NCBI GenBank assembly: GCA_008632985.1
Contig: QPGO01000014.1
Location: forward strand, 186,001-250,000
Length of the DNA stretch: 64,000 nt
Origin: Psammoneis japonica
Taxonomy: Eukaryota
Reading direction: 5' to 3'
The translations under genes and the position numbers were made by a program. The notes beneath the pieces are model-generated. The model ran no database searches. It was not told where the DNA came from and was given only the letters and a program-made list of their open reading frames with translations. The first letter of the stretch is position 1; each line of letters starts with the position of its first letter. Below, in pieces: positions 1 through 12,785 of this stretch.

Positions 1-1625
1 GGTGTTGTGCAGAAATTTGGTTGCACAGAGCCGTGTGCCCCAATGAATCTCTAGGAAGCAATTGACAGGCTCCACGCAGACATCAACTGGCTGGCAGAAG
101 ACTTCAAAAATGATGATGATGGCACTGAGGTTGCTTGCACAACCTCCAAAGGAACTGCCACAGTGACATCTGATGAGTCTCATTTGAGTGGCAAAGGTGC
201 ATCTGCTTGGACCACACAGGGAACCCAGGATGACCACAAAACTGAAGGCATGAATGCAGCAAGAGGCAACCCTTCCAATGTGAATGTGTGCCAAGCAGAA
301 ATTGTCAGACAACTGTGATGACATGCATCATTTGCGATTTTCATGATGTCACCCAGGGACAGGTTTCTCTTGGATGTGACAGCAACCAGGCCTTGAAGAG
401 CTCCAACAACCCTGGGTTGCAAACTCACCAAAAATCAAAAGCAGCGCAATGTGTTGTCAGCACTGCACTCCTGGATTCAAAAATCACAGGTGTGATGGAC
501 CACTGTCAACATGAAAGGGTGCATGGACAAAATGACATTGCCTGCAAGGACCCAGACCATCCCTCCAGGCTAAATGCAGACATGGACTCAAGGGCCAAAG
601 AATGAATGGCTGACATGCTGAACAATCCCACCTGCACAGCAAGTGCAGGTGGAAATGTGGTCACTTTGGATCAGAAACAGGAAAGTCATGTCCAATGCTG
701 CAGATTCAATGCAACATGCAACCAGATGGCAGGAAAATGCTGCAGTGCTGAGCAGAAAAAGGGAGATTTTCCTCACTGAGCATCAGAGACGTCAGTTGGG
801 ACTTCCAGGTAAAAGCGACATCCAATCTGACACCATCCAGACAACAATGGGCAGCAAAGCATGTGTCTGGATCATGCAGGGTCAACAAGATGCTGTGCAC
901 ATGGGGCAAATCTCTGGCGCAGTCCTGCCCACAATGCCTTTTCCCCCAGTGGATGACTCAAACCACATGCTGGAATGTCAGGTGGAGAGTGCGGTGGAGA
1001 CATTGCACAACTGCTCAGCGACACTTCAAGAGTGGTTGTGCAAAGCAGAGATCAATCTAGAAATCACCAAAATCATGCTGCAGAGACTTCAGGAATGGAA
1101 AGAGGGTGTTCCAATGCAACAAATTCACTCACAAAATGATCTCATCTGGCAGGTGGTTGACTCTCAGGATTGGACAGGATGGGGCAGATTTGTTGAAGGG
1201 GGTGCATGTCTTTGGATTGGAAGTTTGCTCAGAATGCATGCCACAAATGGGCAAACTCCAGGAGACAAGGCCAAAGGCAGGTCAGATTTCTCATTGTCAA
1301 GGCTTGCAACGCATCATGGGACCAATGGGAACACCACAACAGCACAGTCCACCCGGCCAACATGATGCCAACAGAGGCACAAGCCAAAGCCATTCAGGGT
1401 TGGGTTTGAGGTGAGTTTGCATCAGGTCCTCAACAAGAACTTCCACCAATTGACATGAGGACATTCAAAGGAACTCTGGATGAGTTTTTGAGCAGCACTC
1501 TGGAATGCCTCCAAGCCTGGCTGAACAATGTGAGTGCAGCTCACAACTCTTTCTGATGACTGCAAGCAGAGCAACAACACCAGGCACATGAGCTCATGCT
1601 AGATTGGCTGCAGAGTGCCAACAAC
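1..1625 (+). mobile_element. Decayed 3' part of a non-LTR retrotransposon ORF2 (RNase H-like domain plus C-terminal region)
   Basis: Frameshifted motifs GTATVTSDESH (cf. SDGSY), GASAW, VCQAE (cf. SYRAE), LGCDSNQAL, RLNADMDSRAK, QDWTGWGRFVEG and WDQWEHHNSTVH, typical of RNase H-carrying diatom LINEs. Confidence 0.7.
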
Positions 1626-3256
1626 AACGTTCAACATTTACAATGAAGGGTGGGGCCTTCTTGTTGTCATTGTTCACATTTCATGTGGTTGATCCAAACC
1701 AGTTGGGTGACCTCTTCTGGAAACTTGGGTGATGTAAAAGCCATTTGGCAGTGCAACAAGCAGTGATCTTTGAGTCATTTGTTTGTTTGGGTTGCCCATT
1801 TGTTCTTGGGTTTTGACACCCTGTCTTGGCTTCTCTTCCTTGAGGGTGGGGCTGTCTTTGAACACCACAAACACCTTTTTTTGTCAAAGACACCACAACT
1901 GGATCAAACATGGGATCCCCAACCAATGTGTGTGCCTTTGCGTGTCATTCCAAAATGGTTGACTCAAACTGGTTGGTGTCTCTCTTTAGAAGATGGCTGC
2001 ATTGGAGAGCCAGTGGATCATCAAGTTTGTCACCTCCTGTGCCAATCAAGAAACACACAACCATGCCCAAAACATGACTCTCTTTCCCTCAATGAGTTTG
2101 AGGAAACTTGACCCAATTGTAAAAGGGTTTGCCAGAATGACACCTGGGGTGAGCCCTCACTTAACCAACACCTTCAACATGTGCCTCTGTGGCTCCAATT
2201 GTGCACTTTGTGGTGGGACAATGCCTTCTGACAGCATGGCACAAACACTTTGTCACTGCCAGCTGCAGCTCCAGTCCCTGTGTTTTGGAGAACCATTCCT
2301 GAGTGACATGGGCCCAAGTCTCAACCTCCCCAGATGTGCCAGTGCAACATTCAACCAACACTGTCTGCATGGGCTCCAGCAAAACGAGCTGCAACTTTGT
2401 TCCATTTCCTTCACCTTTTTTTGGTTCATTTTTGTTCATTGAACAGAGGCCAAAAGCTCTTGCCTCGCAGTTGTGGCAAGCATCTTTCCTTGCAGGTTGT
2501 TTGCTGTCTGGACTGCAAATGACAAATGTTGTTTTTGGGCTTGTGAACTGGGCTCCTTTTGCTTGTGATCACATGCCTCACAGGTGGAGGAGGAAAAGAT
2601 TTTTCCAACACAACACTGGACTCATCAATTGCAGCATTGCAGCAATTGAGGTGACACTTTAGAGCAAACCAGCAAGGAAACACCATCCCAGGTGGCTTGA
2701 TGCAACAAGGGTTTGAGCAAATGAGCTCTTCTTCCTCCAGAAAAGGCATTGTCATGAGACTGTTGCAGTTGACAGAGATTTGGATGCATGGCCAGGGCTC
2801 ATCATGGCAGGAGAACATTGTTTGCATGGAGGAACAGATTGCATGCTTCCTGCAATCCACATCAGCAACTTGAACAAGTTTGTGTGGGCAGAATGTGCGT
2901 GCACTAAAGATCCAAGTGCGTCCACTCAACATCAAGGGGGCAGATGAAAACTCTTCACTCAATGTCCTTTTGGAATGCAGAAGAAACAAACAGGGCAATG
3001 ATGGATGACTGCAACCAATCAAAGGCCAAAGAATCAACTGACTCAGTTTGGCATGTCAAAAGAGACCAGAAGGCAAGCAAGAACAAAGCAACAAAAGGGT
3101 GGAACCTTGAAAAACTGATTAAGAAGCCATCTCCTGTGAAGCAAAAGGTGGTTCTTGATGCATTGCTGAACACCAAGACTGCCCAGCAGGACCAGAAGAT
3201 TGGTGGAGCAAAGAGGATTGTCAAAGCAGCATGCATTGACACTGACAAATGAAGTG

Positions 3257-3470
3257 CAAAGTGGTCACCTGCAACTGAAAAGGGTTGTCTCAAGAAAGAT
3301 CGGTGCACTGGGTCATGGCATCAGAGCCCAAATGCGGTCATGAAAGACAGCTCATCAATCAGGTGGGAGAAAGTTGACACTGAAAAATGGAACACAAAGT
3401 GATCACCTGCAACTGAAAAGGATTGTCTTGAGAAAGATTTGTGCACCAGGTCATGGTGTCAGAGCACCAA
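3257..3470 (+). repeat. About 75-bp direct duplication, 138-bp offset
   Basis: caaagtggtcacctgcaactgaaaagggttgtctcaagaaag (3257) vs caaagtgatcacctgcaactgaaaaggattgtcttgagaaag (3395). Confidence 0.85.
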
Positions 3471-5024
3471 TGGACCAATTGTTGTGAAACCAGATGACTG
3501 GGCCACCTCCTCTTGGTGCTGCTGCAAGAGAGTGTTGGCTCTGCATGAGGTTCCAGGTCATGAACAAAACAAGAACACCACCCACAATTGGTTGGATGAA
3601 AAGAAACAAGGGGACCCAACCAAGCATGCTGTTTCAGCAGAACAAGATGAAAAAGACATCAATGGGCAGATGGATTTTCTTTTGATGGTGGGTGTGGGGG
3701 AAGGACAGATGGCATCAAAGGTGGTGGCACGTGCACTGCGTGCGACAGACATGCATCACTGACAGATGTTCATTTGAACTTGCAAAATCTTTGGATGCTT
3801 CGACCAACCAGAATTTGTGCCAGAGATTTGAACAAAAGGTGAGAATGCAGGAATGTGTTGGAACATGCACAAGTGGGCCAGGCATGTCAGTGGACCATTG
3901 TTTGGCCTGGCACTTGATTTCTTGCATCACTCTCCACTTGGTGCAAGTGTCACTTTTTCACAAAAGAGTCAACATTCACACCACGCCATGCCAGTCAATT
4001 GACAGGGACCACGCCACTCCAAAGCCCACAGCAAAATGAGGTGAGAGACAACACAGTGAGATGCAAATGGATTGAACATGACTCACCCAGTTGTGTGGCT
4101 CATCATGAACAGAGCAGCAACAAGACTTGTCAGCTGCAATGCAGAATGATGCACCAGTGACAACTGTGATGCAACAAAGCAGTGGATCACTGGTCACAGG
4201 TGGGACTCTGACCACATCTGTGATGGAAGAACAAGACAAAATCATGAGCAAGGAATGAAAGAAAAGAGCAATGCAGCAACAAAATGAGTGACAGGGACAA
4301 GATTGTTTTAGAGAACTGTTGCAAGAATGCATTGCTTGGACAGCACAAGTTTCTGAATGACAAGGCCCTGAGCAACAACAATGGAAAGGTTGTAAAGACA
4401 GTGCCATCCAAGCTCAACATGTCCCAAGAAAAGACAGCTTGAATTTGGAACGTGTTGAAGGATGAGACACAAAGGCAAATGATGAGAAAAAGGAACAATG
4501 CCAGTGGGGAACTGGAGAAAGAATTTTTTCACAAGCGCTGCATCAAAGTGGAATGTGCCAGGCATGGGGAACCAAAACAGTGCTGACACACATTGCTTGG
4601 TGTGTTGTGAGTGCACAGAGTGCATGGATCACAAAAAGGGGAGCACACAAGCAGATGACAATGCCAAGATGCCATGTCCAGAGGAAATGCCAGAGGGAAA
4701 AAACAACATGATGTCCCAAAGCCATTTCACAATGCACTTCCTGCTGATTGTGGCAAGCATCAGCTCAAATCAAGATGTTGCTTGAACAAGTTGGCACCCG
4801 CAAGTGACAAGGCATTCGGCCTGCCGGTTTTGGAGAACAACTGGAACAAGCGGGTGTGCATGCTGGGGAAAACAAAGGAAGAGTTGAAGGAGGCCAGAGA
4901 CAAGTGGCTCATTCTGAACACAAAAGGGAGCAACAGGGTGGTTGGCAAAGCACAAAAAATCATGGTTGGAACATGGAAGGACTGGAGAGGTGCAAAAAAT
5001 TGGGAAAACAGATTCACAAGCACA

Positions 5025-5896
5025 GGGTCTGTGGGAAGTTGCAATTTTTGCCACCTGCATGTCAAAGCTGATGTGAGTTGTGCCTGCCAGCACAAAATCT
5101 GTTGGGTGAGTCAAACTTGTTGCTGACACCATCTCGTAGAAAAGACATTTTTAGAAACAACTTTTGACACAAAAAATGTGTGAAAAAAAGTTGCACAAAG
5201 ACCCGGATGTGCATGGTTGAAAATGTCCAAACTTTGATGTTGTGCACAAGTGTGCTGGACTTCTGTGTGTGAAAGAACCTGCGCGTGCATTTTCAACAAT
5301 GTGCAACAACTTTAAAAATGCACACCTGGGTTTTGTTTTTTCATGTGGAGTTTGTGCTGGAAGTCTCACAGGAACTGCAATGATGCTTGGATGTGCATTT
5401 TCAAAAATGTGGCACAAAAGCATGTGCACAGCCGCACATGCTTTTTCCACATGACAAGCTTGCGTGTTTTTGACACAACTTTTGACACAAATCAAAGTTG
5501 TGCCACATTTTCAGAAATGCACATCCGGGGTGTTTTTGGAATTCCTGCAAGACATCCAGTCCAAATTCTGCGTGAAACAATGAAACCCAGATGTGCATTT
5601 TGAAAGTTGTGCCACACATTTTGAAAAATGTGCATGTGGGTTCTTTGCATGTAGAAGTTCCGCACATTCCTGCACAACATGAAAATTGGGACATTTTCAA
5701 TTGTGCACATCCAGGTCTTTGCACAACTTTTTTTGTCTCACACATTTTTTTGTGTCAAAAGGTGTGTCTAAAAATGTCTTTTGTGCAAGGTGGTGTTGGC
5801 AACAAATTTGTCTCATTCACAGAATTTGTGCTGGCAGGCACAATTCAGATCAATTTTGACATGCAGTTGGCAAAAATGGTGATTTCCCGCAGACCC
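5025..5896. mobile_element. Foldback/MITE-like element with about 390-bp imperfect inverted arms and a putative 3-bp TSD (ACA)
   Basis: 5025-~5417 aligns to the reverse complement of ~5497-5896. Termini are GGGTCT...AGACCC, with ACA on both flanks (5022-5024, 5897-5899). A second copy of the terminus lies at 5983-5998. Confidence 0.8.
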
Positions 5897-8310
5897 ACAT
5901 GGAAAAAGTCTGTGTGGCTGTGCAGCTGGCATTGCAAACGGTCAAAACTCACACAGATCCTCCATTTTTTGCTTGAAAACATGATTTCCTGCAGACCCAC
6001 AGACTGAGCAAGGATGCAGATGAGTGCAACAAAGCTTGGTCAAAAAGGAGTTCTGGGAGTGCATGGACAGCAGAGAAGAAACCCAGTGGCCATGGACACA
6101 GGAAAAATGTGATGGCCATGTTCATGCAGTGGAACAAAATGGGGCAGAGTCATTGACCTTTGTTGTTGATGCAGCGCTGATGAAGCACAATTGTGTGGCC
6201 ACCCCCAACAAATGTGATGAGAGCCAAATTGCAATGAACCCAAAACCTGCATGGAAAATGAGTGACTGACCCAAATTGTTCAATTTGGCCCTGCCCAAAT
6301 TGTTCCCCCCTCAGATGTTGGGAGCACCCAAAGCACCAGGGCACACAGCTTCTGACACATTTTTTGTCAATTTGGAAGGGACAAGAAAGAATGACACCCT
6401 GGTCATCACAGCCAAGATGTTGCAGCACAAGCATGTGAGGGAGGGTGGGGCTGCTGCTTGCTTTCTGCAGCTGACCCTGCAAAAGTTGCAGCCATCAACA
6501 AGGAAAAGAAACCAACCCCTGACAGACATGCTTTCAAGAAACACCTGTGGCAGAATCTTTCAAAAGTTCTGCCAGACCTTTTGCTGAAGTCACCAAAGTG
6601 GAGCAAGCACTTGGCGAGGCACTGCAAATTGCAGCAGTGATGCCCAGTTTGACAAGGCAGCAAAGTGCACCACCAAGTCCATTTTGGCTCAGCATCTGAT
6701 GCTCGACAAGCAACAGCTGGGATGAAAAGTCAAATGAGTTCTTCCTCTTGAAACAATCAGAGGTGGCGCACCTGCATGTTTGCCCTTTTCTTTTGGGCAA
6801 CATCACATCTGCATCTGCAGCTGCCTTCTCAATCACTGTTTTTGCTCAAAAACAAATCTTCTTCATGACCCTCTGTTTTGCACCATGGCAACAAAAAAGA
6901 TGCTCTTGGGATCAACGAGAGGCTGACACAACAAGTGAATCTTGCATTGAAAATGGCTGGCAGAACCTTGTTGGCGCTGAGCTTGTCAACTTGCTCAAGC
7001 TTCTTCTCCTGTTGAGTGTGCTCCTCATTGTAGACTGTTGGAATGACTTTCTTGTTGAAGTGAGTGGCCGTTTGATGTTTTTCTGCATTTTTTGGTGTGC
7101 AAATCATGGGCCCATGTGAAAATGTGCAGGACAAAGATTTTTGCAAAGCGATGGCTTTTTGAGCCACACCACATCAGCTGTGCTTCAAAACATCTTTTTC
7201 TTGAAAGTTTGTTTCAAGCTGCCACTCTAACTTGCATTTGACCATTCTTGTTTGCTCAATCCATCTGAAGTCCCTCATTTGTCCTAGAAGCTCTGTTGTC
7301 AGACACACAGCTTGGCAAGTTGCTGTTGTGCAACCTTGAGCATTCACTGCATCATTGCGTGACATGAAGCAACAATCTTTTTCTGTCCATCCATTGTGCA
7401 TCTGTCCAATCTCCCATCCAAATTTTGTGCTTTGGCTCTCTGTGGACATTGGATTGCACAATGCTGCACCCCCCTTTTTGCCTTGAATTTGACCCAAACA
7501 GCTTGTGATTTTCATTCAGCCCAAAACTTGTTTTGCTGCACTTGAAGCACAACAACCATGGTGAATTTTAGATGACACAGGTGAGGGCAATGGCTGGAGA
7601 TGGGGCGGCCTCGTGCTCTCTTCACATTGTCATTTCTGATGCATGTGGCTGTCACATCATGAAGAGAGCAGGAGGCCACCCGCTGTTTGAGAACAATCAT
7701 TGCATGATGTGCATCAGGCTGTTGTGCATGCTCATGTGCTGCATTTCATTCTGTCTTCTGCATGCATGTCTCTGCAGATTTTCCTGCGAAACGTCAAAAT
7801 GCGCATCGCGTTGTTTTGGGAAAAAAATTTGCACTCATGACCTCCATGGTGCAAATGGCATCATGGCCTGACAAACAGAGCACCAACGGTGATGATGGGC
7901 ACCATTGCAAGTCTGCAGCTGTTTGTCTGGTCTTGCAGGATCCTTCATTTGGGAAATGCGGTGTTGAGTTTGTAAAGAAAGGAGTTGATTTGTGTGCTTT
8001 GGATCAGACAAAAAGCAACGGTGTGGAAATAAATTGATTGTCACCATTGTCAACAAGCGCCACCTCACACATCACTCATGCTGAATCTGTTCTTTGCTTG
8101 CACAGGAAAACGCCATGAGCTCCTGTCATGCTGCCAACACAACAGGGGAAACGCGTGTCTTGCCCAAGCATGGCAAAGCGGATCAGAGATGAAAATGGGA
8201 AACAAGCAACGGAGCGTTCCAAGAAGTGCAAGGCTGAACGGTCCTCCCACCAGCATGGCAAAAGTCAATGGCAGCCTTGATCTTGCCCCTCTGGTGCAAG
8301 CAAGCGTGCA

Positions 8311-10100
8311 ATGTTGGATGACAACTCTGCCAGCAACAAATCACAAGTCAAACACACTCGTTGCAAGGAGGGTGGTGGGAAACTCAAGTCCACCAACCTT
8401 GAAGACTCACCATTCAATGGGGAAAACCCCACCTCTCTCAGCTTCTTGAAAAGTGACTTGAGGCAGGTGTGGGTCTCATTGCATCTATCTTTGCACCTGG
8501 TGTCAAAAAGGCAGTCGTCTCCCAAGTTTGCACAGCATCCACTGTGCAGCGAAAGTGGAGAATCAATGTTCAATGCGAACTTGACCATTGCTTCATCGTG
8601 CAAAGAAGTCATCGCGGCAGTCAAACAGTTGTCACTTGTTGTTGTTGATCAAGAATTGACAACTCACAAAACCAAGAACCCACGCATGTGCAGTGAGACA
8701 GAGCCACAAAATGAGCAGCCAACCACAGAAAACTTCCCAACAAATTCGAAGCTTGCTCCGACAATGACAGACAAGCATTGGATCAAGGCAATTCAGGAAG
8801 CATCTTACAAGGAAATCGGAGGCTTGAGTGACTCAGAGGATTCCAGTGCATCCCTGCAAGTAGAAAAGGTGACATTGGACCTTGTTTGTGTCACCAAACC
8901 CACAAAAAAAACAAAAAAGAAGAAGCACATTGAAGAAAAACGAAATCAAGGTGCACCTCCATTTGCTGCCACCGGCCAAAAAAGAGGGTGACGTTTGCAA
9001 GGTGCTGGACAAGAAGGATGCAAGATGTGTTGGAGTGCTCATGCCAGATGTTGACGGCATGGTGGGGTGGACGCACTCATTGCACGCAATAACTGAATCA
9101 GCTTTGAATGATGAACGACATGAAGGCTGCGTCGGGAAATGTTCGTCGCTTTTGCTGGCTGCCGACTGTAACTCTCCAAGAGTCGTCAGCTCTGCACCAA
9201 GATTTGAAAGCATTCAAGAATGCCCAACAAGCCAACAGAAGCAATTGGAGAAACGAGTTCATGCACTCGTGTTAGCTTGGGGAAGAAAAAGGAGAGGGAC
9301 AACGCATGTGAGTCAGACAAGGAGCCACAAGTTGTGCTGTTGCAGGATTCTAATGATGCATTGTCTCCTGCAAAGCGTGCGCAGAAGAGATCTAAGAAAG
9401 ATGAGATGAACTTTGCCAGAGATGAGCTTCCTTCCTTGGTTGATCAAGTTTGTCAAGACATTGCTTTTCACAGACCTTCCATTCAACGAATTGTGCAGGG
9501 CTCTCTCTTACGAGCATTGTGAAGTGTTGAGAAAGTTTTGGGTGGTAAAAATGAAGAACTGTGACAATGATGAACATGGGCACGTGTTTGATCACTGTGC
9601 CTTGAATGAAGACGATCCGGACATGTGGCCCAAACTGGATGAGTTGCCACCAAGTGTCCACCTGCACCAAATCAAGGATGCTGAAAAATGCAGGGGCATT
9701 CCAGCACGTGGTAAATTTGATGTTGGCTCTAACAACATGCCAAGACGACATGCAAACAGCACGGAGACTGACCCACTGGCCAAGAGCATTTTAGAGATGG
9801 CCAGTGCTGTGAGCGGCAGAGGTGCCACCCCATCCACGTCCACCCCTGCTTCTTCAGTTGGTGCTGCTCTCACAGCTGCTCCACAACAGATGATGATGAC
9901 TGTGTTGTTCTCTCAAAGTCCAGGCAGTGAGAAAGAGGATTCTGTGTCAATCCCAATGGCACAAGAGAACACAAGGACTGTGTTCAGTTTGTTTCAAGAG
10001 TTGAACCAATCGAGCTCTCTTTTTCAGCTGGAGATGACAGATGACCGAGAAGCTTTCTGCCCAGCAAGTTGAAATGGGATGTGGGGAAAATCAGATCAGC
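8311..10100 (+). pseudogene. Second, unidentified ORF relic inside the Tc1-like element, convergent with the transposase
   Basis: Overlapping frameshifted ORFs 8311-8991, 8882-9409 and 9413-10072 with protein-like composition; no recognised motif. Confidence 0.45.
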
Positions 10101-10879
10101 CTTGGACTGGGACTTGGCGCGAACTTCTACATCTCATTCAATGCTGAGCCAGGTCCAACAGACAAACATTTTACATCCATGGAAGACGTGTGGGCATTCT
10201 TCAAGGTTCCAGCTGGGGATGGATGGGGTGCATGTGAACAAGGGGAATGGAAGGGCGTTGCCCTTTCTCATTTGGTGCAGTGTCTTCCTGGCTGTTGCAA
10301 CCTGTGTGCTTTGGGCAAGCGTGTTGCTTGTGACATTTCTTGCTCAGCAAATTGGCCGATCAACCAGTCTTGCAATGTTGAGAGTTGAGATGCTCCATGG
10401 CCAACCTCACAAATTGTCAAGCAAGTCAAGCTGAGTCATGAATGGCATGGTGTCTGCCTTCAAGAATGAGCACAACAGCAGTGAAACCCGCCAATCAAAT
10501 GGGTGTGCAGTGATGGAGGTTTCCTCAGACTTGTGCCAGTGCAAATTGCCCCGTCACATGCATGCAGAAACATGTGCATGTTGTTTGAAATGGACAGTCA
10601 CACAAGTTGGCATGGTGAACATTGATGCAAAGAGCAGCACAAGAAATGCAGCACAATCGAGACCAGATTGCATTTGTTCAGAAATGCAGAAGGGTGAAAA
10701 AGAAAAACACCACATGCGGCATGTCAAATGAAACAATTTAGAATTTTGAAATGCACCCACAAATCTCAATGCACTAGAAATGAGTTTCTGTTTTACAGCG
10801 CAAGTGCTGCAGCGGCCATCATGAAGGTGGCCACCAACCGCCTTTTCCCCTCATCCCCAAGCTTTTCACAACCGGGCGG

Positions 10880-11900
10880 CTTCGCCTTTCGAAACAGATT
10901 TCAAGCTCCAAAAGAGCATGAATGTGGGCAGTGCACCAATCCACGCCTTTTTCGTAGGTAAAGTGCTTGAGTCCTGCCTTGCACACACTGAAAAAGTGTT
11001 CAATGGGGTCAAGGTCGGGACTGTGGGCTGCTGCAAAGAACAGTTTTGCACCAGCACCCTCAATCAAATCTTTCACGTGCAGAGAAAGGTGAGTTGATGC
11101 ATTGTTCATGAAGACAACAGATCTTGGCTCACCCCATGCATGCTGACCAAGAACAGGGACCAACTTCTCCTCCACATGCTTCTCAAACCGCTCCATGTCA
11201 ACAGTTCCTCGATTTGGGTCATTGTCCTCAGTGCTGTGCTCCCACTCCACAATCTTGCATGCTTCCCACACAAACCCATTGACATCTGCTGCTGCCATCA
11301 ATGTGTGCTGCTTGCAGACGTCCTCTTCAAAGAATGCATCAATGACAGGCGGTTCACCCTTCTTCCCCCAGCCACGCTGACGTCAAGAGGCATCACTTGA
11401 TTGGTGAGTCTTGTCAAGAAAGAGTGCTTGCTCTGGATGGCTCGCGTGTCATCTTTTGCACGCATCTTGAAAGCATTGCCGCTCATGCTCACATCTTTGT
11501 CATGCTCAAACTGCCAGTTTCTGGAGAGTGCATCCAAGGCTGTAAATTCTTTGCCAAATTGTGCTTGCATGCCAAACTTTGCCAAGTTTGGGTCTCATGC
11601 TGAGCTGGATTTCATCGAGATGCAGCCGTGGCTTTTCCTCCAGCAAATCAATCAAGACTTTGTCATCACTGCATGAAAAGGCAGTTCTTTTGCCAACTCC
11701 TTGCGATCCAGTTCTCCTCTTGACCGACCGCATTCTCCTGCGAGTTTCCGACTGGGTCTCTCCAAATTTAAGACAGCGAAGAAACCAACCACATGAAACG
11801 TCCTGTGCGGAACATCCGCATCGCAAGTTTCCCAAGTGGAGCACAGCTTTCCAACTTGTCGTCCATCACCATTGGCGTGTGGGCATGCATCATTGCCTAA
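10880..11900 (-). pseudogene. DD34E transposase pseudogene (HTH plus DDE_3)
   Basis: PRLHLDEIQ...STIWQRIYSLGCTLQKL (HTH), FLDETH, and VFMNNASTH-x-HSPDLDPIEHFFSVCK with exactly 34 residues between the second catalytic position (now N) and E; stops and frameshifts present. Confidence 0.9.
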
Positions 11901-12785
11901 AAGGTCCATTGCCTCATTGATGAGATTCTTTTGCTTCTTCACATCATCGTGACAAACACCTCCAAATCGCCGAGAGCCGCTGATGTTCTTGCTCTTGTTG
12001 AAAAATTCATCATCGACCCAGAGTCCCCGACGATGCAATTCCACCTCCACAAATTCGACATCTGGGTGGACCAACATGACAGATGACTTTCTGCACAAGC
12101 AAAGAACAGATTCAATGCAAACAACATGTGAGCCGGCGCTTGTTGACAACGGTGACGTCCAAATTGTTGACGTGCCGTTGCTTTTTGTCCAATCCAAAGC
12201 ACACAAATCCACACTTTTCTTTATGAATGTGGCACCGTATTTCCCAAACGAAGGATCCTACAAGACCGGACGATAGTTACGAACAAACGATGGTGACTGT
12301 CGCTGGCGACTACGTCGTAGATGGCGAGTTGCTGCGTCACTTGGTGCGATTCGGTGCACGACAAAAAATTTTTTTTTCTAAAACAACGCGACGCGCATTT
12401 TGACGTTTCGCAGGAAAATCTGTAAAATGCATGTTCAGATAATCAACCGAAACGCAAAAAAAGAAGACGCAAATGCCGGTGCGCCGTTTAGAGCAATGCG
12501 ATTGTTGATGCGATTGATGTTTTCGAATGGAGAGGTGAGACGCCAAGTCTCGTTTTAGCTAAAAAGTAAATACAATGCGAAAAAGAGGTAAAAAATCAGG
12601 TCGAAAACAAGGGCGTTTCCACCGAAAAGACTGCAACAGAAATGCGCCCTGTCCCTTGCGTCAGGATTCAGGATGATTTTCATCAAGCATCCAATTGCAG
12701 TTTGAAGTTCTCATTTCACATAAAAAATTTCAATCTGAATCGAGAAGCCTAATTCGATGATTGTTTGAAGGAAGAAGACATTGTC

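Larger units (their letters stand above)
7775..12422 (-). mobile_element. Tc1/IS630-like (DD34E) DNA transposon, about 4.65 kb, with about 350-bp TIRs
   Basis: TIRs begin CAGATTTTCCTGCGAAACGTCAAAATGCGC (7775+ and 12422-). The right flank is TA (12423-12424) and the left flank is TG (7773-7774). A transposase relic lies inside. Confidence 0.9.

Noticed and set aside
1640..4780. Possible LINE endonuclease/ORF relic
   Set aside because: Only faint motif hints (PGG, DFLL...DMHH); too degraded to call.
8311..10400. Fanzor/TnpB cargo in the Tc1-like element
   Set aside because: No RuvC DPG, E or RDxNA motifs and no CxxC zinc finger visible, even allowing for erosion.
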